From Octopus sinensis (Eukaryota): 64,000 nt of DNA. A program made the position numbers and the translations under genes. How positions within the stretch are numbered: the stretch's first letter is position 1; every line of letters begins with the position of its first letter. The DNA is taken from assembly GCF_006345805.1 (NCBI RefSeq), contig NC_043006.1, positions 100,440,001-100,504,000 of the forward strand, given 5' to 3'. The notes beneath the pieces are model-generated. The model had not been told where the DNA came from and searched no databases. It saw only the letters and a list, made by a program, of their open reading frames with translations. Of the stretch, positions 14,341-27,343 are shown in pieces.

Positions 14341-14614
14341 AAGAGAAAAGACAGAAGAAATGGATAGAAAACTTCCATTCCTTAGAACGCTGTGCAGGAA
14401 AAGAAAGATGGTCACGTGAGGAAGAGAAAATTGGACGATGGTCACGTATGAGCAACGAGAGAGAGAGAGAGAGAGAGAGAAAAGGCGAAAGAGGACAGAG
14501 AGAGAGAGACAGATATAAAACGGTGTAGGGGAAAAAGAATTAGAGAAGGATGGGGGAAAACAGTATAGAGTTAAGGTAAACTTGCTTGGAAATGGATGCG
14601 TGGCCTTCAATTAA

Positions 14615-14690
<76 letters not shown>

Positions 14691-14722
14691 TAATAAATTA
14701 TAATAAATTATAATAAATTAAA

Positions 14723-14835
14723 TTCTCTGAAGAGGCCGTGGGGCATCCTTGTTAATGTCTCATTTATACCTGACTTATATGGCTTATAGGTTAAATGAGG
14801 CATGCTTGCCCTTACTGCCGAAACAGCTGTCAGAT
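14723..14835 (+). ncRNA. Type I hammerhead ribozyme with ~85-nt stem II, in an element between (TA)n tracts (14687-15020)
   Basis: UCU-CUGAAGA(14727)-GGC..GUGGGGCA..AUGUCUCAUUUA..UAAAUGAGGCAU..UGCCCUUAC..GCC-GAAAC(14820)-AGCU-GUC-AGA. Confidence 0.75.
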
Positions 14836-15037
14836 ATGATATAATTACATATTATATTTTATATTTTATATTTCTATTTCCTTGTCTAATTATATTTACA
14901 ATATATTTTGTATAATGCCTTTACTGTTATGTAATGGTGTAATAAAGTATTGATTGTGTATCATCTGTTGGTTGATGTTTGATTGATTTAAGTATGTTTC
15001 TCCATTTTCTAATTTTGTTATATATATATATATATAA

Positions 15038-15750
15038 TAGTTATCGCCATACTAATATGGCATTCTTATAAAAATAAGAATAAAAGCTGTCCGCTTATTA
15101 GCTCCATGAGGCCATCGCCTTAAGTTAGCTATTTGATACACAAACTGTATCCATATAACCTTCGAACAAGGGAGGTCAGTCGCTCCACACTACTTGACCG
15201 GCAGCTACAGACGCGTTTCGGGGTATTGCCCCTTTTCAATGCAGCGTAGCCAGCCAGTAGGTGTCGCTTCCGACAATCTCTGTTCGATGGTTTTATTTAC
15301 CTAGTTTCGGTGGAATACATCCACTTGTTTCAATAATAGAAATATTAAAATTACTAAGTCTCTCTAAAAGAGAACAGCGGCAGCGTTCCCGGAAAATGAT
15401 AGTTATCGCCATACTAATATGGCATTCTTATAAAAATAAGAATAAAAGCTGTCCGCTTATTAGCTCCATGAGGCCATCGCCTAAGTTAGCTATTTGATAC
15501 ACAAACTGTATCCATATAACCTTCGAACAATAGTGTGGAGCGACTGACCTCCCTTGTTCGAAGGTATATGGATACAGTTTGTGTATCAAATAGCTAACTT
15601 AAGGCGATGGCCTCATGGAGCTAATAAGCGGACAGCTTTTATTCTTATTTTTATAAGAATGCCATATTAGTATGGCGATAACTATTATTTTCCGGGAACG
15701 CTGCCGCTGTTCTCTTTTAGAGAGACTTAGTAATTTTAATATTTCTATTA
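15038..15750. mobile_element. Retrozyme/pLTR-like insertion: 362-bp monomer x1.35 plus inverted arm, flanked by (TA)n
   Basis: TTATCGCCATAC recurs at 15041 and 15403. 15531-15750 is an inverted copy that runs across the monomer junction. Confidence 0.8.
15204..15245 (-). ncRNA. Minimal type I hammerhead ribozyme with U3-A8 variant core
   Basis: Minus strand: GCUGCA-UUGAAAA-GGGG-CAAUA-CCCC-GAAAC-GC-GUC-UGUAGC. Confidence 0.7.
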
Positions 15751-15770
15751 TATATATATATATATTATAT

Positions 15771-15816
<46 letters not shown>

Positions 15817-15842
15817 TATATATGTATGCATGTATGTATATA

Positions 15843-15970
15843 TGCATTGTGGGTACAGCACATCGGCAGCTGTAAACAGTATGAAGTACGAAGACAAGCG
15901 ACTTAAATACGCAAACAACGAGAGAAAAATATGAAAACAGGACACGTAACACAAAGAACGACCCTTCATA
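15843..15970 (-). repeat. Truncated copy of the 14003-14340 repeat family
   Basis: Direct sequence similarity to 14003-14130. Confidence 0.6.
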
Positions 15971-16276
15971 TTTTTGCTCATGCACCCTGAAATAAAACAA
16001 AAGAACATTGTTTATAAAGAAATATCCACTCTTAATGCAACATGAATACTTCAATAACTTAATTTGCCATTTCTATCATTACATTCAAGAATGGGTAAAT
16101 TACCTATTTTATTGAAGTGTATTGGTAAATAAAATAAAAGATACAACTCACTCACTTTTGTCATATAATAATCAAACAGAAGTTCTTGTATGGAATTGAT
16201 CTTTTTTCTACTTCAATTATTACATGTTTCCTCTTATGAAATACACACGTACAGAAGGTGTAAGTTATATATATAT

Positions 16277-16307
16277 ATAATAATAATAAAATAATAATAA
16301 TAATAAC

Positions 16308-16341
<34 letters not shown>

Positions 16342-16404
16342 TAATAATAATAATAATAACAATAATAATAATAATAATATAATAATAAAATAATAATAAT
16401 AATA

Positions 16405-16478
<74 letters not shown>

Positions 16479-16520
16479 TAATAATAATAATAGTAATAAT
16501 AATAATTATAATAATAATAA
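16277..16520. repeat. (TAA)n microsatellite
   Basis: Direct observation. Source of the poly-L/I/Y ORF. Confidence 0.95.
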
Positions 16521-16869
16521 TATATTGAATATGGCTACTGATTAAGAGTAAAAGTAATTACCAGATCAAGGATGGGTATTACTGCTAGTTATTTGTAAAA
16601 TAATTTTATGTGATGGTAACAGAATAAAAATTCAGCAATTTGTAACTGTTACCACTGCGCATTACAAAATTTGTAATTACAGTATGTTTAGTGCATACCC
16701 TTGTGGAATAAATCGGTATATAAGTTTTATACACTAATGGAGTTCAACATATTTATCTAGCTCAAGGAATAACCCCGTTGTATAATGACATATCGTAGCC
16801 GAAAACAGTACAGGATCATTTAAAAGCACATTATGAGGATATTGTCCAGCTAAAACTGAGCCAGGTGGA

Positions 16870-17175
16870 CTCTGTCGTGAGAAGTTTGCTTCCGAACCGC
16901 ATGGCTCTGAGTTCCATCCCACTGCGTGGAACCATCGGCAAATGTTTTCTACTATAGCCTAGGGCCGACTACAGCCTTGTGAGTGGATTTGATACACGGA
17001 ATCTGAAACAACTACGTCGTATGTGTGTGCGTGTCTGTGTGTGCATGTGTGCGCGTCTGTTTGTCCCCCCACCACTACTTGATAGCCAGTGGTGGTATGT
17101 TTACGTCCCCGTAACTTAGCAGTTTGGCAAAAGAAACCGCCAGAAGTACCAGGCTTACAAAAGTAAGTACTGTGG
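16870..17175 (+). mobile_element. tRNA-derived SINE (family of 45066 and 61840)
   Basis: CCCACTGCGTGG..TTCTACTATAGCC..GCCTTGTGAGTGGATTTG, internal (GT)n, TTTGTCCCCC..GTTTACGTCCCCGTAACTTAGC. Confidence 0.7.
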
Positions 17176-17384
17176 ATGACCGCAGATAGGAACTAAAAGA
17201 TATAGACACACACACTTATCTTTATTTGTATATAATAAATTTATGTTGCCTCATGTTCTAGAAAGAACGCATCATATCATCCATATTTCTTGTTTTTCAT
17301 ATCTGTTCATAAAATAACGTTGTCTTATATTTTCAATTGTAAAACACATTAGCGCCGAAAATAACAAACGCTGGGTATTAACTG

Positions 17385-17670
17385 TTTGTTCCTTCTCGAG
17401 CCATGCTTGGCTGATAAGGGCCGGTTTTCCAGTTTCCTTGGCGTATAGGTTCCCCACCTGAACGGGACGCCGGTCCGTCACAGGTGAGCTGCAAGATGCA
17501 GGAGGAAAGATTGAGAGAAAGTTGTGGCGAAAGAGTCATCAGAAGTTCGCCATTACCTTCGTCCAAGTCGCGGGGAGCTTAGGTGTTTTGCTCATAAACA
17601 CATACATCGAACGGGCTGAGATTCGAATCCGCAAGTCCGCTGCTTTAACCACTAGACCATGTGCCTCCAC
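17385..17670 (-). mobile_element. tRNA-derived SINE
   Basis: The reverse complement begins GTGGAGGCACATGGTCTAGTGGTTAAAGCAGCGGAC, like 8679. Confidence 0.75.
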
Positions 17671-18955
17671 GGCTATTAACTGTAATCTAACTTAATTCAT
17701 CTAATTAATTACGATACCTCTATTGTATTGAATTCATTAAAATGTATGTTCTGAAATCTAGCAGGTCATGTCATGTTCCGAGTGAATTTGGGGTAACAAT
17801 GCATTTGCATATATATTTAAACGTAGGTCACACATGCATTTATGGTTTTAGATTTGGATGGCAAAATATTCGTTGTGTCTATATAAAAGTGACGATAAAC
17901 CACTCCATTAGTCTTTTATGCTTAATGACGCGCATGGAATTCTGAAGCTTTATTATTAGTTAACCTGTCCTGCATGACAATGAGATGCTTTGGAATGCGC
18001 AGATAAAACATATGCTTTTAATATAGCAATTAAGTAAATTAGATAGCAAAAAAACAATAAACGGATAAAATATATGCCATTTCACGATCTGTTAACACTT
18101 TAACGTGTTCATGTGTTCATATTTTCCTTGTTTTATAGCACACGTATCAAAATCTGCATGCCCTCCACCACCGTGATTCCATTCCGCTTGATAAAGTGTT
18201 TTCCTGATTCACTAGGTTTGAAACATATTGCTGACTTTTCTTTCTGCAGATTTTGAGTAACGAATGCAAACGATTCATCATTTATCAATAAGTGTCAAAT
18301 AATCGATCCTGCCCGAAGACATATAGTAATTTAGGATTTGAACTGCTTGATTAGGTTGAATCTGTATAATGTATATATTTACTGCGTTGCCAAATAATTT
18401 ACCCATTAGTTTTCTGGGGAGATAAACTGACCATTTTGTTAATTGAAATCTCAGCATTCTCAAGTCATACCCAACTGTAATTCTTCATGATAAATATTGG
18501 TTGAACAGTTGTTTGGTTAAGTATAATTATTAAGGCTGAAAATAAATGTTTGCAAACTGACCTCATCTTATCCATGATCGTATAGGGGCAGTACAAGCAA
18601 TAGAAATTTGTGTGTTGAACCATAGATGGAGCACAGATGCATGTGCACACATATAAGCACAGAATAATTCAAATATGTGCATATATGTGTCTGATTATGC
18701 AAATGTATTTTTGTGTATGTGTCTGTGTGTTGCATGCGTGATTGTGTGTTTGTGTGTATGTATGTATGTGTGCGCGTATGTTTAAGTTTATAGAGGATAA
18801 ACAGAGATGGCAGATCTGGACCTTGGTCTTGCTCGTTCAAGCGATAGTACATGTTATCCGTTTCGAAATAAGTACTTCCAATTTAAACATAAATTTTCAT
18901 TGAGCAATGTGGCATTCACACACGCACGCACGCACAAATACACACACACACACAC

Positions 18956-19004
<49 letters not shown>

Positions 19005-21864
19005 TATATATATATATATATACATATATATACAGATAAATATTGGCAAAGATATATGTATATATTTGTGCGTATATACACACACATATGCACACATATA
19101 TATGGAGAGAATATCTACATATGTATTTACACACACACATATACTCACACACACACACACATATATATATGTGTGTATGTGTGTGTGTGTGTGTGTGTGT
19201 GAGTATATGTGTGGTGTTTGTTTCTCTCTGCGCCTATCTGTGTGTACATTTTCATGCGCTGTATAAATCAATAAAGCGGGAGAGAACTCAGTTTCTATGG
19301 AAGAACGAAAATATCTGTAGATTAAATGCAACACAACCCTGGGTGTTCAGGGAACCAATGTTTTAGTGTGTGAGGTTGCACATGTTAGACCTTCAAGGAA
19401 TCTGGCCCTAAACATTGAAAGTAAACAAATATAGCTTCTCATTGTCATTAAAAAAGAAAAAGAAAGAAATGTGTAAAATTATGCCATATCTCCGACAGAA
19501 TATGTGAACCAGGGGCCGCAACTGTAAAAACCCACTACAAAAGCGTGTAGTGTTGAAAAACTGTAGGAAAAATAATGGCGACTCGTAAGAAGAAACGTGA
19601 AAATTTCTGTTTTTGTAAAACACTCACGAAGATACGGTATACTTCGGACATTGGATCTTTCGATCTGCCAGTATGTAATTGTTTGCATAAGAACATCTTG
19701 TAAAATTTCATATTTAAGGTTGGGGCAGCCATTGAATGTTATAGGGCTTTGTGCAAATTTAGTATACATACACAGGTAGGTCAATAACAAACGGACATTA
19801 ACTTTTCGACTAGGCATACATGCTTACATATATACATAGATACACACATACATATAGAGTACAGCATAATAAAAGCGTTATTTAAATAATATACATTTTA
19901 AGCGTTGAATGAAGTAAAGGAAGCAGTGTGAGACAGCTATGCTGGGACACCATCAGGTTCTATTATCAAGACTACATTAGTGACATTAATCATTACTTTA
20001 TCCTCATAATACGCAGAAACAATCAACAATGGAAAGAAAATCTTTACCAGGCAATGTATAATTGTTCATTGAAGACCAGAACTATTACTCTATATTATTT
20101 TAGCCACTTAAAATATTATTCTCTCAGTTAATTTATTAGGGATACAAAAAATGTGGTGAAATATGGATATGTTAAGAAAAATATAGCATACGCCTTTGGA
20201 GACCAGTTATTTGAAGTCACGTGGTGCTTGCGCCATCTTATACTAACTATAACAGATAGTTATCGACTGCACTTAGATATTCATTTCAGGGGGAAAAAAT
20301 GTTGAAAAACTTCAATCCTGGCGGTAAGTAATTCATTGCATTGTCGAAACCATTACCTTTTTTGCTATTATATATTGTAAGAATACAGAAAATGATTGGT
20401 TTTCCTCATAATCAAAGAAGAGTCAGTAATATTTTGTGAAGTCCCTATCCACCTTCGTTTCTGTAGTAATGTTTCACAGAACCTCTACACATAATGATAA
20501 CAGCAGATCGTATTTCATGCTAGAACTGATGATTCATCACATCCAGCACTGACCAGACTAAGTGAATTACATTCATTTGTATTTTCTGGGACCAAAACTT
20601 TGGTACTCCTGCTTATTACAGTATGAACATTTGACCCTCATCCCGTCCCCAATATAGAAAATAAAATACAGATGAAAATACTTATATTTTAATGTATCTC
20701 CTTCCTCTATATAACGAAGTCAATGCTATTCTCTCGTTGCACATACATTTACTAAGGAAAATGTCCTTAACCAATTTTTATGGATTTGACTGCTAGTATA
20801 GTTTTCGGTTTCGTGTCTACTTTCCTAACAAGTCTTCCAGCCTGTTTTAGGTTATTCCTATGATCCATGGGGTAAAGGAAAGTAACCAATATGCGACGTA
20901 AATCTTGGAATTTATTTTTTGGTAAATGACGCACCTATCTTTACTTGCTTGTTGTACCAAGTTAAGGACGTTGACTATTTAGAAAATACAAAATAATCTA
21001 TAAGATTTGGCGTAAATGATACACGAAATTCACAGACAGAATCACATGTTATCGGCTTTCTATAAAATATAAGCAACTCTGCTGAATAGTCTAAATATGT
21101 GCCAATAATCATACAGTCTTGTATCGACATCTTTGTCCCCTGTATGAGTCTGCTGAATTTATTAAGTTTTATTTTTAAGAGCCCCATTTCCACAGGCAGC
21201 GCAAATACTAACAAGAAGCTATCACCATACCCCCAATCCAAAACTACAATATATACACTGCTCCGAAAGTATACTGTATCAAGATCTTAGAAATTTTCCC
21301 CCCTCTAATGGTCCTGGAAATAACCTCCACCTCAAGGGCAACGTAGGTAATAAGACTTTCTAAGACCAATCCCTAGCGTAGCAGCAGTTGTTTATTTACC
21401 GAAACAAAAGTAAGCGTACAACGCTTCGTATTCTGATTATGCAATTTTTAGACTTGCAGTCTGCTTCTTCTTGCGATGCTCCTAAATAGCCTCGTGTATC
21501 TCTCAAACGGTCATTGCTAGGAATTTAATTTTAAGCAGTCTTAAGATAGATATTATAAACCTGGCACCAAAATATATGTATAAACAACAAATTAAACTTC
21601 TCTTTACGATATATAATGGAGAGTAGCCTACTACTTGGTGATCGTAAAGTCTGCGCAGGTGCATTTATGTGGTGGCTATGGCTTTCCTGAACTTGATGAA
21701 GCAAAGAAGACATTAAATACTTATGTATCTTTTTATACTATCACATCCAGAATCCTCCGGTGGCGAAATGATATTATAATACTAACTCTAGGACATAATA
21801 CTAAACCATTGGTGGCTTAGCACGCCGAAACATCGAAGTCAGTGTCAATACTATTCTTGTTTAA

Positions 21865-22055
21865 GCTACAATCGTTAGTACGCCGAGCATATTGCTTAGC
21901 GGTATTTCATACGTCATTAATTCTTGCGCTCAAATTCCGCCATGGATGACTATGTCCTTCATGCTTTTAGGGTCGATAAAATAATAACCAGCTGAGCACC
22001 GAGGTCGACTTAGCCCTTATCCCGAATTTTCTGGTCTTGTAACAAAATTTAAAAC
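21865..22055 (+). mobile_element. Degenerate SINE (family of 10985)
   Basis: ATCGTTAGTACGCCGAGC..GCTTAGCGGTATTTC..CAAATTCCGCC..GGGTCGATAAAATAA. Confidence 0.6.
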
Positions 22056-23473
22056 CAATATCATACATGTTAAGGAATAATAAATATGTACTCTACAATA
22101 AGTATTGAGTAACTCGTCAGTATAATGGATAATATATATTATTACCTGATATAAAAACACATAGCAATGCATACAAACATACGTAACTACATATACATAC
22201 GTATATTCGGAATCAATACTTTTCAAATTAAAATGAAAATTTTGCAGAACTACAGAAAAGTGAAGGCGCATACAATTTAAAACATTGGATGGTTGAGTAA
22301 ATAAATTAATGTACTTAAAAAGTTCCTCCAAAGCCATGCCACAAGGTTGGACGGAAAATATTGATAAAATGAATGCTATATTACAAGAAAAGGGATTAAA
22401 TATGCTTAAAACTTTGAGAAACGTACGACCTATCTGTGCATACGATCTATATACTTATTCACACACGCACACACACATACACACACGTGGACGCCCACGC
22501 ATGTACATATATTATATAGTGTGTGTGTGTGTGCTAAGATAGATGCGTGTTGCTTTCTGAAAGAACACTGAGCCTTTTAAGTGTTACCGTACTTAATCCT
22601 TAATGCTATAATCAGTATGGACGAGACCTTTTCCTTCATCACATGTATATAATCGTAAATATGACTATGCTGTGCTGATTATCTAATATAGCGTCGGTAG
22701 AGAGAGCAACGTTTAACAGGTTTTTGGATTGTCGTTGTAGTGGCCTCTCGTGACCATTGAAGGTACAATTTTCTTATGTTTTACATGCAGTTCAATCCTG
22801 CTGTCTCCAGGAAGAAAATATTATATATATAAAAAGATAAGGTAGCTAAAGTAGAAACAATTAATTCGGCTGATTACATTCAAATTTCATCACTTATTAT
22901 ATTATTGCATTATCCTTTGGCGGTTGTCAATCGAAAGGAAAGACAATGGGGGAAATATATCCGTTTAATTAAATTCTAAGTGGCGAATAGAGAGACTGTC
23001 TCAGTGCACTCGACAGGAAGTTCATTTTGGTGGATGAAAAATATATATATGTAGTTGACTTTATACAATCAGCATAATGGTTTCTGACATAAACACAATA
23101 CCGGAATGAGGAAAGGCAAAAACGAACAAACTTGCGGGGATTTAAATCGGGATTATGGTTATCATTTGATCGATCCTAATAATTAAAATACCGGTTCGAT
23201 ATCGCTATGAAACGCATCAAGAACGGACTAAAACTTATTTTCAAACCTATTCCTAAGCATGTTTTTTTTTTTACACAGTATTCGTCATTGTGCATATCTG
23301 AAATTCATAAACTGAATAAATTATCGATTTAATTATGTAAGAAAAGAAAATAGTATCTGTAAATTGAAATATTTTAAGAGCGTCAGCCACGGAATAAATG
23401 AATTTAGGTTTGAGTGAGAATTAAAAACTACTGTAGTGTCATTGGGCTGGGATATTGAGACATATTTCATGTC

Positions 23474-23911
23474 GGATCTTTTCGGTTTGAACGGCAGCTT
23501 TTAACATAATTTCTAGGTAACTAAAAAATTAAAATTCGTATACTGGTAGAATGTGTTTATAAAACATCTTTTTCTCTTGGCTTTATTGAGAAAATTCTAT
23601 GGTTTGTAAGATATTTGTTGTTTTTTTCTTCAATTTCTGCAATTTCAACCAATCAATGACGTCCATTTAGGTAAAAAAAACATTCTGTGCTGTATGAATA
23701 TGCCCCTCGTTTAAGAACCGCATTGGGTTTATTTACATTTGTGAAGAAAAAAAGATACCCTTCCCCCCACAGCTAACCCTAACTAACCCTAACTCTAACC
23801 CTAACCCTAAAACAGATTGAAATGCAATAGATCGATACTAGGGTCATAATTATGGGTGACAATTTCATATGACACCGCTAGAAAAAACTGCCGTTCAAAC
23901 CGAAAAGATCC
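23474..23911. mobile_element. Non-autonomous DNA transposon with 24-bp TIRs and 8-bp TSD (Merlin- or hAT-like), containing (CCCTAA)-like repeats
   Basis: TIR GGATCTTTTCGGTTTGAACGGCAG / CTGCCGTTCAAACCGAAAAGATCC. TSD TTCATGTC at 23466-23473 and 23912-23919. CTAACCCTAA repeats at 23772-23810. Confidence 0.85.
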
Positions 23912-24410
23912 TTCATGTCTTCTGGCATGTATCTCTAGAATGTCATTTAGATTTCAGCGGGGAATCATTTCATGTATACTTCAGTAACAAAATAGTTGTG
24001 TCGTGGATTATTTTTCTCGTTTTGGGTGTCTTACCTCCTTTCCTTTTAATGTTCGTTTTATGTCACTACCCTTTTGTATATGATAGTTTCATTTTTCTGA
24101 ATTCTGTATTATTTGGTCGTAGACTTTGTCTCCTATTTGTTTTCATTTTTGCAAAGGAATCTTTAGAGTGGACTGAAAATATTGACTGATTACAGAAAAA
24201 TAACTTCATAACATTATTTAGCAAAAGAACGTGCTATATATATATATATATATATAAAATAAATATAAGAGAGTGGTCACTATATGGCTCACTCTAGCAC
24301 CAGTTAATCCAAAAGGTTTCAACCACAAAAATACATGTTTCCCATGAAAGTCAGTACGATTGTTAGCTCACACGGACAGGGCAAACAAAAAATAACAAAA
24401 ATACAGATTA

Positions 24411-24492
24411 TTTTGGGACAATTGTTTCGCTATTAATGAATTAAATGTAATTTTACTTACAAAAAAATCCACTTGTAGCTCCTCAGCCAAAA
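24411..24492 (-). ncRNA. Type I hammerhead ribozyme (left arm copy)
   Basis: Reverse complement of 24942-25023. Confidence 0.8.
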
Positions 24493-24941
24493 CTATCTGG
24501 ATGAAATCCACTCAATCACACGCCAGATTTTACCATAACGATAAATACACGTGTGGTTCAATTGATTACATCCGACGTTATAATTCAAATGCCCCAACTA
24601 ACAGCGCGCCAAATTTTCACGGAAAACAAATACAGCATTTAGAAATAAATGCAGCATAATTATAATTAATTAATAAGGGTGAGAGAATTAGATACTAATT
24701 TAATAGTATATCTATTCTACACCAAGTGGCCTAGTGCTCCGAGAAACCTGGATTATTATAATATTTTATAATATATTATAATATTTTTACAAAATAAATA
24801 TAAGAGAACCACACGTGTATTTATCGTTATGGTAAAATCTGGCGTGTGAATTATAACGTCGGATGTAATCAATTGAACCACACGTGTAATTATCGTTATG
24901 GTAAAATCTGGCGTGTGATTGAGTGGATTTCATCCAGATAG

Positions 24942-25023
24942 TTTTGGCTGAGGAGCTACAAGTGGATTTTTTTGTAAGTAAAATTACATTTAATTCATTA
25001 ATAGCGAAACAATTGTCCCAAAA
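24942..25023 (+). ncRNA. Type I hammerhead ribozyme (right arm copy)
   Basis: UUUUGG-CUGAGGA-GCUA..GUGGAUU..UGUAA..UUACA..AAUUCAU..UAGC-GAAAC-AAUU-GUC-CCAAAA. 6-bp stem I, palindromic stem III. Confidence 0.85.
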
Positions 25024-25300
25024 TAATCTGTATTTTTGTTATTTTTTATTTGCCCTGTCCGTGTGAGCTAACAATCGTACTGACTTTCATGGGAAACATG
25101 TATTTTTGTGATTGAAACCTTTTGGATTAACTGGTGCTACAGTGAGCCATATAGTGACCACTCTCTTATATTTATTTTGTAAAAATATTATAATATATTA
25201 TAAAAATATTATAATAATCCAGGTTTCTCGGAGCACTAGGCCACTTGGTGTAGAATAGATATACTATTAAATTAGTATCTAATTCTCTCACCCTTATTAA

Positions 25301-25389
<89 letters not shown>

Positions 25390-27343
25390 AGGTGTCTGGA
25401 ATATGATTCTAGTTTCAACAGTGATGGTAGAAGTCGTTAATTGTACTTAATGTATTTTTTATATATGTTTTCGTATGATCTGTTTCGCTGTTTATGTCTG
25501 ATTCTGTACATCCGATAGATTGTTGCTTCGCTATTGTTGTTACTGTAATGTTAATAGCTGAAGAAACATTTGTTCTGTTTCTGCTTTGAAGAATGTGCTA
25601 AATTATATTTGTTCTGGAATTAGACTTACTTTACAGCTTGACTGTGCAAATTCCGAAAGTAATTCTACTTCCCTTGGAGAAGAATAAGAAAATTTCTACA
25701 TTAGTTAAGGAGAGGTACTTACTATCGATTTTTGTCATATCACCTCGAGAAGATTACAATCGCGACTGCTTTCTACGTCGAACGAAAAACATATGAAACC
25801 TCAGTATTATAAAAATATTATAGCAGTGTTGTAACCATTGTTTGTCCATTAGATCAGCAGCCAATGATGTTAGAATGTCGGGTAGGTCGCTTAGTACTAG
25901 CGATGCAACTCACTGCGCACTCTGTTCGAGTCTCACCGATGCTAACTTTGCCTTCCATCATTCTGGGCTCAGATAATAAAGTTCTATATCAGTTCGGAAG
26001 TCAATGCTCCTCCCTTTTTCTTTCTTTCTTTCCGCATCTTTCTTTCTCTCTGACATATATTGAATGTGATCACACCTGGAGAAGGACATGATCTGCTGAG
26101 CTCAAATGTCCAATACAGCCCGTATGCCACACGAGGGCCTCCCTATGGCTTCATAAAGAAGACAAGGACTAACAGCATAACGTAGTATAATCTCCAGTGT
26201 GCTGTTCGTTTTTGAAAATCTTATTCCTTTATTCATAACTGATTATTACGTTTCGGTTAACTCAGAATTATATTTAAGATAGCAATGAAATAACCAAACT
26301 GATTTCTTGACGAACCAATTTATCTTAAGATTTAAGTTTACATACCATTTGAATGAGTACAATGAAAATTTTACGCAAATAGTTTAATGGCGAATTTATT
26401 GAAGTTAAGGTGTAAAGTTTCCCTTAGTCTATGCAGAAGATTTAACATTCATTGGCTGTCGCATTTAAAAATGGGCAATCGATTTGAAGAAACTTTTTGC
26501 TTTGGTTATTTGGAAGTTAATAAACTTTTGATAATGAGTAATAACATTAATTAAAACAACCAACATTTTTCAGTACATATATATAATGGTGTTCTTGTTT
26601 ATTCCTGGTTACTTAAGATCACAACACCTCTGGTCAATACTATTCAATGAACGAGGAAAAGGAAGAAAATAAAAAATATAAAAAACAGACAAGAAGTTTT
26701 CACAAAGCCGTAAGGTTTGAAAATCAAAAGCAAAAGAGTATTTGACGTTTCGGACATTAAAATTCTTCATAACAGAAAAGAAACGAAGAGAAGTGGTGGA
26801 AAGACGCAAAGACGCAAAGACGATAAAAGGTTTAGGGGCCTGGTTCGAATACAGTTCAATGAGGAGGAGTCAAAAAGAGAGGGAAAGACGGGGTGTAGTT
26901 AGCAAATATATGAGAGAGGAACTGTGTAAGAAGATGCGTATCGGGAATGTATTACGAGCAGTGTGGGATGGGGATGGTTCGGTACATGTTTTTGTATATA
27001 TACACTTTTTTATAAGACTTAAGTAGCTGAAGATGTCGAATTATAGAATTTACGTACTAAGTCATTCTACACAAGCGCTAAATTATTACACACGAACGCT
27101 AAATTATTCAACGCCCGCTGGAATCATACTGCTTATTTATTTTTATTTTGTATTCGAAAGTTCATTCTCCTTTTTTCTTTGTCTCATAGATTTCAAATAA
27201 TCTTTTTGTATTCATAAAGTCTGGTGATCGAATTAATGCTATATATATATATGATTGATTGATTGATTGATTCCAGTTTCAGCTTATGAGCTGTGGCCAT
27301 GCTGGGGCACCGCCATTTATATATATATATATATAAATATTAT

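Larger units (their letters stand above)
24256..25309. mobile_element. Retrozyme/pLTR-like insertion: 535-bp monomer plus inverted arm, flanked by (TA)n
   Basis: AAAATAAATATAAGAGA at 24256 and 24791. 24807-25309 is inverted, near-identical sequence. Confidence 0.85.

Noticed and set aside
18230-18295. Strong-looking splice acceptor TTTTCTTTCTGCAG
   Set aside because: All three frames hit stops within about 45 nt and no good donor follows.
23772-23810. Telomere remnant or chromosome fusion site
   Set aside because: Short, degenerate, and internal to a TIR/TSD-bounded transposon.
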